A stretch of DNA of 64,000 nucleotides, taken from contig SIBK01000009.1 of NCBI GenBank assembly GCA_009695205.1, positions 4,964 through 68,963 on the forward strand. Direction: 5' to 3'. Under the pieces are notes generated by a model. That model did no database searches. It had not been told where the DNA came from and saw only the letters and a program-made list of their open reading frames with translations. Position numbers and translations under genes: made by a program. Positions 47,557 through 57,720 of this stretch are shown here, piece by piece. This DNA is from Pedosphaera sp. (GTDB lineage: Bacteria > Verrucomicrobiota > Verrucomicrobiia > Limisphaerales > UBA9464). Position 1 is the stretch's first letter. Every line of letters starts with the position of its first letter.

Positions 47557-50523
47557 ATGATTCCCCGGCTGTTCAACGGCGTCCACGTCGTTCCCTGGAT
47601 CCTCTCGTTGCTCAGTGCGTCAACCCAGTTGGAAGCCGCAGTGGCTGCGTCGCGCTTTGCCGGGGCGGGTCGATTGCGTCCGAACATTGTTTACATTCTC
47701 GCGGACGACCTGGGTTACGGCGATGTGCGCTGCCTCAATCCACAGGGGAAAATCGCCACACCCCATCTCGACCGCCTGGCGGCGGCCGGGATGATTTTCA
47801 CCGATGCGCACTCGAGTTCGGCCGTCTGCACGCCGACTCGATATGGGCTGCTCACCGGCCGCTACAATTGGCGTTCCCGACTTAAGAGCGGCGTGTTGGG
47901 GGGGATGAGCCCGCCCTTGATTGAACCCGGACGGCTGACCGTGCCGGCGTTTCTCAAGCAGCAGGGCTATCGCACGGCCTGCATTGGCAAATGGCATCTC
48001 GGCTTCGACTGGCCGAGGAAGACAAACACACCACCGTTCACAGATGGCATTGAGAAGGGCGAAGACGGATGGCGCGTGGATTTTACCAGACCCATCGGCC
48101 GCGGACCGAACGCGTTTGGTTTCGATTATTTCTTCGGGCTCGCCGGATCGCTCGATATGATTCCGTACTCGTTCATCGAGAACGACCGCATTACAATTGT
48201 ACCCGCGGTGGACAAGGCATTCCCGATGATGCTCGGGCGCACGAACGGCGCGACCCGCCGAGGACCTGGGGCCAAGGATTTCGAGGCAATCAACGTACTC
48301 CCTGCCTTGACACACCGGGCGACGACCTATATCGACGAACACTCCCACACAGCCGATAAGACTCCATTCTTTCTCTACATTCCACTCAATGCGCCGCATA
48401 CGCCCATCGCACCGAGCAAGGAATGGCAGGGCAAAAGCGGATTGAATCCGTATGCAGACTTCGTCATGGAGACCGATGCCAGCGTCGGTGTATTGCTCGA
48501 CGCGGTGGATCGGAACGGTCTGGCTGACAACACGCTCATTGTCTTTGCGAGCGACAACGGTTGCTCGCCGGAGGCGATGTTCGATGAACTGCTCCCCCGG
48601 GGTCACAACCCCAGCGCACAATTTCGCGGAACGAAGGCGGACATTTTCGACGGTGGGCATCGCGTGCCTTTCCTCGTCCGCTGGCCCGGCCGGGTTAAAG
48701 CCGGAACCACGAGTAACCAACTCATATGCCTCAACGACCTGTTCGCCACGTGCGCGGATTTCCTCGGAGTCAAGCTGCCCGACAACGCCGCCGAGGACAG
48801 CGTCAGCATTTTTCCGGCACTCGAAGGGCACGCTGAGCAGCCTTTGCACGAAGCCTTGGTCCATCATTCCATCAACGGCTCCTTCGCGATACGCCGGGGG
48901 CCGTGGAAGCTCGAACTCTGTTCCGACTCCGGCGGGTGGAGCTCTCCGAGACCCGGCAGCCCACCGGCAAGGGAATTGCCGACCGTGCAACTCTACGATC
49001 TGGCACAAGACCCAGGCGAAGCTAACAACGTCCATGCCGACCATCCCGAAATCGTCACGCGCATGACCCGCCTCTTGGAGCGATACGTGGCCGACGGCCG
49101 GAGCACCCCCGGTGCTCCTCAACCGAACACGACACCGGTGGAAATCCGGCGACCGGCCCAAAGAACCACGGCACGGGCCGTTTCCCCGAACATTCTCTTC
49201 GTCATTGCCGACCAGTGGCGTGCGCAGGCGTTTGGGTTCGCGGGCGATCCGAATGTGAAGACGCCGCATCTCGATCGCTTTGAGCGGGAGTGCGTGAACT
49301 TTTCCCAAGCCGTGGCGGGCATGCCCGTCTGTTCTCCAACCCGCGCGTCGCTTCTCACCGGCCAGCGCCCTCAGACCCACGGCGTGTTCCTCAACGACGT
49401 GCCGTTGAGCACCAATGCCGTGACACTACCCAAGGCGCTCAAGACTGCCGGCTACGACACTGGCTGCATTGGCAAGTGGCACATTGACGGCCACGGCAGC
49501 CGCTCTGCCTTTATCCCGCGTGAGCGGAGGCAGGGATTCGACTATTGGAAAGTCCTCGAATGCACCCACACCTATAATAACTCACCCTACTACGCCGACG
49601 GCCCGGACAAATTGAAGTGGGACGGCTACGACGCCATCGCCCAAACCCGAGACGCACAGAACCATCTTCGCGACCGTGCGGCCGGAGGGCGGCCATTTTT
49701 GCTTTGGCTCGCGTGGGGGCCACCGCACAACCCGTACGAGACCGCTCCAGAGAAATATCGGGCGCTCTATGATCCGGAGAAAATCCAACTTCACCCGAAC
49801 GTGCCGTTGTCCAAGCGCGCACAGGCGCGACGCGAGTTGGCGGGGTATTATGCCCACTGCACGGCGCTCGACGATTGCTTCGCAGATTTGCTTCGAACCC
49901 TCGACGAGACTGGCCTGGCCACAAACACGATCGTGGTCTTCACGTCCGATCACGGTGACATGCTTGGGTCGCAGGATCAGCAGCGCAAGCAAAGGCCCTG
50001 GGACGAGTCCACACGCGTGCCGATGCTCTTTCGGTTGCCCGCTGCGCTGGGCATTAAACCGCAGCGCCTGGCGGCGGCGATCAACACCGAAGACGTCATG
50101 CCGACGCTCCTCAGTCTCTGCGGAACGCCGATCCCGAAATCCGTCGAAGGTCTCAATTTCACGGATGCCATGCGAGGTGGAGACGACCCTGCTGGTGGAG
50201 CCACCCTTGTCCGGTGCATTTCGCCGTTCGGTGAGTATTCGCGCCAGAGCGGCGGCCGGGAGTATCGGGCGTTACGTACCCCAAACCACACCTTCGTCCG
50301 CGACCTCAGGGGCCCCTGGCTCCTTTACGATAATGGAGTCGACCCCTATCAACTTAAGAATTTAGTCGGCCAATCGGAGCACTCAACGCTCCAGTCGGAG
50401 CTCGATGCGCGGCTCAACATGAAATTAGCTTCGCAAAACGACGAATTCCGTCCCGGAGCTGAATATATCCGGAAGTGGGGCTACACGGTGGACGCCGACG
50501 AAACAATTCCCTATGCTCCATGA
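47557..50523 (+). CDS. Tandem (two-domain) sulfatase fusion protein
   Basis: ORF 47422-50523. The likely start is the ATG at 47557 (MIPRLFNGVHVVPWILSLLSAS signal). The first domain has NIVYILADDLGYGD and the FGly motif CTPTRYGLLTGR. After a ~19-aa linker (~49130-49185) the second domain has NILFVIADQWRA and CSPTRASLLTGQ, with no second signal peptide. Confidence 0.85.
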   Translation: MIPRLFNGVHVVPWILSLLSASTQLEAAVAASRFAGAGRLRPNIVYILADDLGYGDVRCLNPQGKIATPHLDRLAAAGMIFTDAHSSSAVCTPTRYGLLTGRYNWRSRLKSGVLGGMSPPLIEPGRLTVPAFLKQQGYRTACIGKWHLGFDWPRKTNTPPFTDGIEKGEDGWRVDFTRPIGRGPNAFGFDYFFGLAGSLDMIPYSFIENDRITIVPAVDKAFPMMLGRTNGATRRGPGAKDFEAINVLPALTHRATTYIDEHSHTADKTPFFLYIPLNAPHTPIAPSKEWQGKSGLNPYADFVMETDASVGVLLDAVDRNGLADNTLIVFASDNGCSPEAMFDELLPRGHNPSAQFRGTKADIFDGGHRVPFLVRWPGRVKAGTTSNQLICLNDLFATCADFLGVKLPDNAAEDSVSIFPALEGHAEQPLHEALVHHSINGSFAIRRGPWKLELCSDSGGWSSPRPGSPPARELPTVQLYDLAQDPGEANNVHADHPEIVTRMTRLLERYVADGRSTPGAPQPNTTPVEIRRPAQRTTARAVSPNILFVIADQWRAQAFGFAGDPNVKTPHLDRFERECVNFSQAVAGMPVCSPTRASLLTGQRPQTHGVFLNDVPLSTNAVTLPKALKTAGYDTGCIGKWHIDGHGSRSAFIPRERRQGFDYWKVLECTHTYNNSPYYADGPDKLKWDGYDAIAQTRDAQNHLRDRAAGGRPFLLWLAWGPPHNPYETAPEKYRALYDPEKIQLHPNVPLSKRAQARRELAGYYAHCTALDDCFADLLRTLDETGLATNTIVVFTSDHGDMLGSQDQQRKQRPWDESTRVPMLFRLPAALGIKPQRLAAAINTEDVMPTLLSLCGTPIPKSVEGLNFTDAMRGGDDPAGGATLVRCISPFGEYSRQSGGREYRALRTPNHTFVRDLRGPWLLYDNGVDPYQLKNLVGQSEHSTLQSELDARLNMKLASQNDEFRPGAEYIRKWGYTVDADETIPYAP

Positions 50524-50598
50524 TGGCTAAGGACAACGCCTCTCGATGCATTGTAAATGCGGGCATTGCCCAGGGTCGACGTGTCGGATGTGACCGCT

Positions 50599-53500
50599 TC
50601 AATTTAACGAAAGGTTCACGCGGCTTTCACCCCGGTAGGCCGCGTCCACCGGCTTCGGTGCGACGAGAAAAAGCCGGTTGGCAGCGACCGGCCCGTTTTG
50701 GAGAAACCAGTCCTGAACCCACCGCTCACGAGTCGTCATCAATTCGCGAAACTCTTCGCGGGTCACCGGGATATTCCGGGTGAGAAGCTCCTCCATGAGT
50801 TCCGGCGTCGCCAACCCCAGCGCCTCCTGGTCGGCTTTGGTGAGACTTTTTTCGGCGGGCTTCTTGTGGCGGGTTCCGCTGAAGATGCCGGTCATTCGTG
50901 CGAGAAGAGGGCGTTTCGGCTGGGAAGCACTCTTGCTGGCTGCAAGAGGTTGCTGGTTGGTGGTGATGAGGGGCGGAAGATTGGTTTGGAGGATTGCAGC
51001 GATGTTGGTGCCAAACTGCTCAACGAAGGCGGCCCGCATGAGGCGGTCACGTTCCTCGGGGTTGGATCTGAAAATTTTCAAGGGAGACGGCTGGACGACC
51101 GCCTTTCGCGCTGAGTTCCTGAAGCCGCCTGGCCTTGAGTTGATCGCTCAGTTTTTGCTGCGCGAGAGCGGCACGATCCCGAATTGGGTCCACCGCGGCT
51201 TCGATCTCGAGGTTGAGCGACGGGCCCTTCGCCAACGCTGCGGTGAGTTTGCCGAGTTTGCCCACCTCACCGTCGACGAGGTTCGTGGCGCCGGGCTGGA
51301 ACTCGATGAAGCTCAGTTCATCGCCCCCGCCGCCAACCAGCGAGCCGAGCAGCTTGAACGGCGAGGTGGCGGCCTTGATGATAATGTTTACAACGACCTT
51401 GAGGATGATGGGGCCGAGGCTGAATTTCGGATCATCCAGTCGCCCGCTCAGCGGCACATCGAGTTGGATGCGCCCCTCGCTGTCCTTGAGCAACGCCACG
51501 CCGAGTTTTAACGGCAGGCTCGTGGCGTCCGGGCTGGTGTTACGCTGCCCGAGCGTGAGTTGATCAATCTGAATTTTGTTTTCCGCCCGGAGCGCCTTTC
51601 CTTCGATGCGGTAATGGAGGCTAGAGCTTACCCGGCCCTTCTTCAGCGGAAACCCCCCAATATTTCTCCAAATAGCCGGTCAGCGAGGTGAGCTGCGTGT
51701 TCGCGTTCGTGATGGCGAGGTCCACAAACAGAGCGGCTGCAAAGGGATTCACGCGCCCCGTGACGGCGAAGGGCGACTGGACGTCCACTCGGCCATGCAG
51801 GTCCACATCGGCAGGGGAGCTTAAGTCAGAAGCAAGACCTTTGACAGTGCCGCTGAGTTCCTCAATGCCGAGCACGACGCGGGGTTGCACAGATTCGTCG
51901 GCAAAGGCCACGGAAGCTCGATCCAGGAACAACGTGCCCAACTTCATGGAAAACGGGTCGCTCAGGAAATTTGTCGCGCTCCCGCCCGCGAGCGGCGCAG
52001 CGGAATCGTTCGTTTGGAAGCGGACCTTGCCCGCCGTCGTCAACGCGCCGTTCACGATGCCGAGGGGCGCATCCCGATGTTGTTGGCGCGCGCAACTCGC
52101 ACTGCCCACGATTTGCCGATTTTTCAACTTTGCCAACACGTAGGTGATGCTCGGAGCACAGCTGCGGAGCAGCGGCAGAGAGTAGCCCATGGCGGGAGCC
52201 ATGGGACCGTATGCACGATAGGTCCAAGCCCCGCCAGGGGCGACAGAGAACGAGGACGGCAACCCGTTGCGCAAATCTCTGTCGCCCCTCCGGGGCTTGA
52301 GAGCGTGCGTGTCGAGACCCACGACTGGTGCCGTGGGCGACTTTCCGGCGTCGCTCCGCGCCTTAAGAATGCACGTGTGCCAACAACTTCAGAATGCGCC
52401 CGATGCCGAGCGAAACGAACGGCTCGACATACGGCTGCGCCGCGCGAAGGTCCAGATTGGTGACAGCGACATCGAGATCGGCAAAGAGTGGTTCGATCAT
52501 CGCGGTGCCTTGTGCGGAGAAGGTGCCTGATTCGTTCAAGCGGAAAGCTATATTGGCGCGGATGGGTGTGTTGGTGACAGAACTCGCGCCTTTCAAGTTC
52601 AGCGCAACCTTGTCGAGCAGGAAGATGGCAGGCTTGGGCGGTATCAGGTCCTCGACTTTGAACGTATAATTGTCGAGCTGGATCTCATCGACGTTCAAAG
52701 TCCAGACCCAGGGCATAGGTTGAAGCGTTTGTCATCTTGCCTTCGGGCGACCCCGACGGCTCTAAATTGGATTTGATAGGCGCAGCAGCGTTTGTTCGCG
52801 AAACTGCCAGCAGACCCAGCAGGTTGATCGCACCGTCTTTATGGCGACGGATCACTACCGAGCCCCCATCGCCCTTGAACAAGCCCACCCGCCCCCGTCG
52901 ATCCTCCAGGCTGACCTCAACCCGCTCGAAGCCGATCTCTGTGACACGGGTCACCGTCTCGGAGTTCTCCGGCAAGTTCACTTCAAGATCGGTGAGTTTC
53001 ACGCCGAGATTGGTCACGCCCGCCAGCAGGCTGTTCATGCCCAGTGCAAACCGATAAGGCACACGAACCTCGACTTTCCCAGACAAAATCCTGCCTCGGA
53101 AAAAGTCCTCGGCGTACGGCAGGTATTTTTTAACATCCACGGTGCTGATCGTCACTTCGCCCGTGGAACGGATTGGGTTGATGGACACCGTGCCTTCTCC
53201 CGCAAAAACCTCCGCCACTTCGCTCAACATGCGGAAGGAATAGCGGGCATCGGAGTTTGTCCGGGTGGTAAAGTGTTTCAGGCTAACCTCGATCGGTTTC
53301 AATTCCATCTTGAACGGAGTGCGCCGCGTCAAGTCCTCGAAGGTCACCATCGCTTGTTCAATCGAAAAATCGTCCACCGAAACACTCAACGGGGGCAGCG
53401 CGGGAAGCGTGAGCAGGACGTCGATCAGGTTCAGGGTGCCGTTTTTCCGAACTCGTGAGACCAAGGCTGCTTCGGTCACTTCGACGCTCCCGAGGCGGAT

Positions 53501-54460
53501 GGCGAGAGAGCGCAGGTCAAACTCGGCCCGCTGAACGTCGAGGCCGCGCAGTTGAGTAACGATTTCGGCCGAAGCCGGATCGAAGACCTGCAACTGAGCC
53601 ACTTGGACCGCTCCGTTGGTGACGGTGAGGTCGAATCCGTTGGTACCCGCCGCGAAGCGATAGAAGAACTGCACGTCCGCCAGGCCATTCGTGATCAACG
53701 TGCTGGTGAACTCTTCGATATACGGCTAGTAACGGCTGAGTTTGACGCCCGTGACTTCGAGATGACCGGAGGACCGCAGCGGCTGGATCGAGAGATCGCC
53801 AGCCCAGGCGATGCTGCGTCCGGTGTCGCTTTCGGCACGAAACAAGTACGGGGTGTCCGAATTGAGGTGGGTGGTGAATTCGGTGAGATCAAAGTTGATG
53901 GGCCGATACTCGGTGCGGAAGACCGAACGGCGCGTGCGATCTTCCAAGGCGACGAACCCGTTGGTTATTTCAAGGCGGAAGATGTTGACGCGCGGGATGC
54001 TCGCCGGCCGGGAAGAACTCGGGAACGTATTCGCCTGGGCTTCCAACATGTTGGCGAAGTTCAGCCGACCGCCCTTCGACAAGATCACTTCGCCGAACGG
54101 TTTCACGATCCGAATTTCTTTAAATGTCCACGCCCAGCGGAAGAGCGACGAGGTCTGGAAGTTGACGTAAAGCTCGTCCCAGGAAGCGAACGGACGTCCA
54201 TCCGGTTCGGTGAGGGACAACCCGCGCACGGTGAGGGACAACGTCCACGGATTCACCTTTACTTGCTGCACGGAGGTCTGGCGCTTTGTGATCGCTGGCA
54301 GGCGCCGCACCATCTGCGATTGGATGATCGGCGGCAGGACAAAGAATCCCAACAGCGAGTAGAGAACGAATGCGCACGCGCACCATTTCAGCGCTCTGCG
54401 CACGCGAAGAGGAAGTTGATTGAGGAGTTCTGGCTTCATAAAACGAACCGGGTGCCTCAA
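50599..54460 (-). pseudogene. DUF748 (AsmA-like) large envelope protein, multiply disrupted including a MITE insertion
   Basis: ORFs 53726-54460, 52685-53698, 52363-52716, 51621-52322, 51047-51499 and 50599-51081 are consecutive pieces. The N-terminus is typical of DUF748 (FFVLPPIIQSQMVRRL...VKVNPWTLSLTVRGLSL...DELYVNFQTSSLFRWAW). Later blocks include LLKDSEGRIQLDVPLSGRLDDPKFS. Lesions: in-frame TAG 53726-53728; frameshift at ~52715; 336-bp insertion at 52065-52400; frameshift in the C6 run 51653-51658; frameshift at ~51085-51100. Confidence 0.85.
52065..52400. mobile_element. MITE-like element, family A, copy A2, inserted in the DUF748 gene
   Basis: Flanked by a perfect direct repeat, CGATGCCGAG, at 52055-52064 and 52401-52410. 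Ends are GGGCGCATCCCGATGTTGTTGGC and GCCAACAACTTCAGAATGCGCC, which form inverted repeats (19/22). Internal perfect hairpin at 52186-52205. No coding capacity for a transposase. Confidence 0.8.
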
Positions 54461-54466
54461 ACAGTT

Positions 54467-55100
54467 CTATAATTGAACAGGAGATCGCAGAGGGAGCAGA
54501 GAGGCGGAAAACAGGCTAACTCTTTCATCTGAGATGGCAGCCACGAGGATCGTTTCGGTCAGTCCGGACGGTTTTCCAAACAACAAATGCATAAAGTTTG
54601 AACCGGTGGCAACGGAGAAATTCGTCTTCCCTCTCTGCTGCGGGTGCATCCAGAAGTTGTTGGTGAACGATTCTATAGCACTCACCTCGCGCGCTCCTTT
54701 CAGGGCGCACAGCGATTGCATGTGCAGCTTTTCGCCCCCGGCGAGCCGGTCGAAGCGCCGGGTCATAAAGTGGCGCCTCCCGTTTTCCTCCAGCAGCCGA
54801 CATTCACTCATGGCGATGCCCGCCGCCTTCGCCATCAGGTTTCCGTTCATTCCGATGCGTCAGAACTTCGGACCCCAACCGGACCAGCGCATCCATCTCG
54901 ATCTTCATCGCCTTGCGTGGCTTTGGCCCGAGCTCCGGTGCAAATTCGAGAGCGCCCATGCCTCGGGTGCCTGTGTAGCACAGCCGCTCCACCGTGCGCT
55001 TGGAAACGTTCGCCTGCCCGGCCAGTGCCGCCTGCGGCTTTCCGTTCGTCCAGCGTCTATTGCGCGACGTCCAGCGGATCGTATGCGGAGGCCGTGCCAC
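54467..55100 (-). pseudogene. HipA/YjjJ-like kinase toxin remnant (HTH + HipA fragments)
   Basis: ORF 54804-55100 has an HTH-like stretch (AALAGQANVSKRTVERL) and a HipA N-domain block (GTRGMGALEF). ORF 54467-54850, in another frame, has a HipA core block (LMAKAAGIAMSECRLLEENGRRHFMTRRFDR...KLHMQSLCAL) and then degenerates. Large parts of a ~440-aa HipA are absent. Confidence 0.5.
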
Positions 55101-55256
55101 CGCCCGCCATGACCTTGATTTGCGTCGCTCCGGCCCGGAGATTTTCCCGCGTAGAGGTCAGCACTTCATCTCGGCCATCGGCGATAGAACTGGACGACGG
55201 ATCTGAACGCACAGTACAAGGAGGGAAGCGTACCAAAGTTCCCGTTCCTTTTTTCC

Positions 55257-55890
55257 ATGAACGATACCCCTCGGAAGAGCGGCTTAGCCGTCACCAACTT
55301 GGTGCTTGGCATTCTTTCCGTGCTGGGATGCACGTTGTTCACCGGGATTCCGGCGATCATTTGCGGCATCATCGGACGCACGCGGGCTCGAAAGACTCCG
55401 GAAAGCTACGCCGGTGACGGCCTGGCGCTCGGCGGCATCATCACCGGAAGCATCGGTTCGGTGCTCGTGTATCGTATTCACGATACCGTTTCTTGCGGGA
55501 ATGCTGTTGCCTGCGCTCACCCAGTCGAACGGAAGAGCGCAGCCGATTCAATGTGTGAACAACATGAAACAGATCCTTCTCGCCTCACGCATCTGGGCCA
55601 CCGATAACCAGGACGTTTTCCTGTCGAATTTTCTCACGATGTCCAACGAACTATCCTCGCCGACAATTCTCACTTGCCCGTCCGAAACGACCCGGACACG
55701 CATGACGAATTGGTCGCAGTTCAGTCCGAACAATGTCACCTATATCTACTCAGGTGGAGGTCTTAAAGAAGACCTCTCGACCATGCAAAAAGTGATACTA
55801 ACGTGCCCGATCCACGGCCACGTCGGCCTGGGCGACGGAAGTGTGCAACAGCGCGCAGGCGGCGGTGGACGAAACAGGAATCGGCCATGA
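55257..55890 (+). pseudogene. DUF4190-like TM domain fused to a pseudopilin-like (LLPAL...QCVNN) domain; one frameshift
   Basis: ORF 55257-55607 reads GLAVTNLVLGILSVLGCTLFTGIPAIICGIIG...GLALGGIITGSIGSVLV. ORF 55306-55890, in another frame, continues IVFTIPFLAGMLLPALTQSNGRAQPIQCVNNMKQILLASRIWATDNQD...CPIHGHVGLGDGSV. The join is at ~55465-55475. This could be a sequencing indel rather than a true pseudogene. Confidence 0.5.
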
Positions 55891-55917
55891 ACGGCAGCCC
55901 TCAAAGACCCGCACACC

Positions 55918-57591
55918 ATGTTAAAGAATCCAGTCACGAAATATCGCCCGTTCCCACCGGTCCAGTTGCCCGCTCGCCAATGGCCAAACCGAGTGCTCAG
56001 CGCCGCACCCATCTGGTGCAGCGTCGATCTCCGTGATGGCAACCAGGCGCTCGCCGTGCCCATGAATATCGCCCAGAAGCTGGAGCTGTTTCAGACACTC
56101 GTGCAATGCGGTTTCAAGGAAATCGAAGTGGGCTTTCCATCCGCCTCGAACACCGAGTTCGCTTTCAACCGGTTGCTCATCGAGAAGGGCCACATTCCCG
56201 AGGATGTTACGATCCAATGCCTCGTGCAAGCCCGCGAGGATCTGATCGAGAAAACCGTCCAATCATTGATCGGTGCGAAAAACGTCATCATCCATCTCTA
56301 TAATTCCACCTCGCCCGCCCAACGCCGCGTCGTGTTCGGCAAGACCCAGGACGAGATCAAGGCCATCGCGGTGCAAGGTGCGAAGTGGATTCACGAACGG
56401 CTGCCGCGTCTCATTGGCACCCACGTCCGCCTGCAGTATTCGCCCGAAAGTTTCAGCGCCACGGAATTAGAATTTGCGAAAGAGATTTCCGAAGCGGTGA
56501 TGGATGTCTGGAAGCCAACACCCGAGTGGAAGATGATTCTCAATCTTCCCGACACGGTTGAAGTGGCCATGCCCAACATCCACGCGGACCAGATCGAGTG
56601 GATGTGCACGAACATCCGGAATCGCGGATCGCTCACGATCAGCCTTCATACCCATAACGATCGTGGGACAGGTGTTGCTGCGACCGAAATGGGATTATTG
56701 GCTGGTGCCGACCGGGTCGAGGGCACGCTCTTCGGCAATGGCGAACGAACCGGTAACCTCGATGTCATCACCGTCGCATTGAACCTCTATATGCACGGCA
56801 TCGATCCTAGGCTGGATTTCTCCAATCTCAGCGCCATCCGCGACGTTTACGAACGCTGCACCGGCCTGACCGTACCGCCACGTCAACCCTATGCGGGCGA
56901 ACTTGTCTTCACCGCCTTCAGCGGCTCGCATCAGGACGCGATCAAGAAGGGATTGGCGGAATGGGAGAAAGGTGGACGCTCGATTTGGGACGTGCCTTAT
57001 CTCGCCATCGATCCTGCGGACATCGGTCGCGAATACCGCGAAGTAATCCGAGTGAACAGCCAGTCCGGCAAGGGCGGCGTCGCCTACCTGCTCGAAAGCC
57101 AGTTCGGCATTGAGCTCCCCAAGGACATGCAGCGCGAGTTCGGCCCGATCGCCAACGATCTCGTGGACGCCCTCGGCCGTGAAGTGAAGGGCGAAGAACT
57201 CAAGGCGATGTTCTGGAAGGAATATGTCGAGCGCACTGCGCCGTGGGAATTGATCCATTTCCATGCGGACGGAGCCGATGGAACTTTCCGCTGCCGCGCC
57301 AGTGCCCGATTCCAGGAAAAGGAAGTCACTCTCACCGGCGAGGGCAACGGCCCCATCGCGGCCATCGTCCATGCACTGACCAACATGGGCCCGTCCAAAT
57401 TTGAAGTGATCAACTTCAAGCAGCACGCGCTTTCATCGGGAGAAGAGGCCAGTGCCATCGCCTACATCCAGATCAAACGCACCGACGGCAACGTGCGGTG
57501 GGGCGCCGGCGTCGACACCAACATCGAGCTGGCTTCGATCAGGGCCGTCTTCAGCGCACTCAACCGACTGTACAGACCTTCAGGCCGGTGA
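55918..57591 (+). CDS. leuA: 2-isopropylmalate synthase (long form)
   Basis: 557-aa ORF with WCSVDLRDGNQAL, EVGFPSAS and HTHNDRGTGVAATE, plus the C-terminal LeuA dimerisation/regulatory domain. Confidence 0.92.
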   Translation: MLKNPVTKYRPFPPVQLPARQWPNRVLSAAPIWCSVDLRDGNQALAVPMNIAQKLELFQTLVQCGFKEIEVGFPSASNTEFAFNRLLIEKGHIPEDVTIQCLVQAREDLIEKTVQSLIGAKNVIIHLYNSTSPAQRRVVFGKTQDEIKAIAVQGAKWIHERLPRLIGTHVRLQYSPESFSATELEFAKEISEAVMDVWKPTPEWKMILNLPDTVEVAMPNIHADQIEWMCTNIRNRGSLTISLHTHNDRGTGVAATEMGLLAGADRVEGTLFGNGERTGNLDVITVALNLYMHGIDPRLDFSNLSAIRDVYERCTGLTVPPRQPYAGELVFTAFSGSHQDAIKKGLAEWEKGGRSIWDVPYLAIDPADIGREYREVIRVNSQSGKGGVAYLLESQFGIELPKDMQREFGPIANDLVDALGREVKGEELKAMFWKEYVERTAPWELIHFHADGADGTFRCRASARFQEKEVTLTGEGNGPIAAIVHALTNMGPSKFEVINFKQHALSSGEEASAIAYIQIKRTDGNVRWGAGVDTNIELASIRAVFSALNRLYRPSGR

Positions 57592-57720
57592 AATCGCCGA
57601 TTGACAACCAGACAATCAACAAACCTGCCGCTCATGGGTCGAATGGTATGAATATGTTAATACTTGTATCCGAACCATCGTGCCGTCCCGCCGTCCCGCC
57701 GTCGCGCCCACGAGAAGGCC

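Noticed and set aside
47620-49380. 586-aa minus-strand ORF, and similar long ORFs (18751-19758 -, 28772-29824 -, 37462-38370 -, 12358-13323 -, 4190-4879 -, 5603-6274 -)
   Set aside because: They lie antisense or out of frame to ORFs with strong family signatures and have Arg/Pro/Gly/Ala-rich, motif-free translations. These are typical shadow ORFs of GC-rich DNA.
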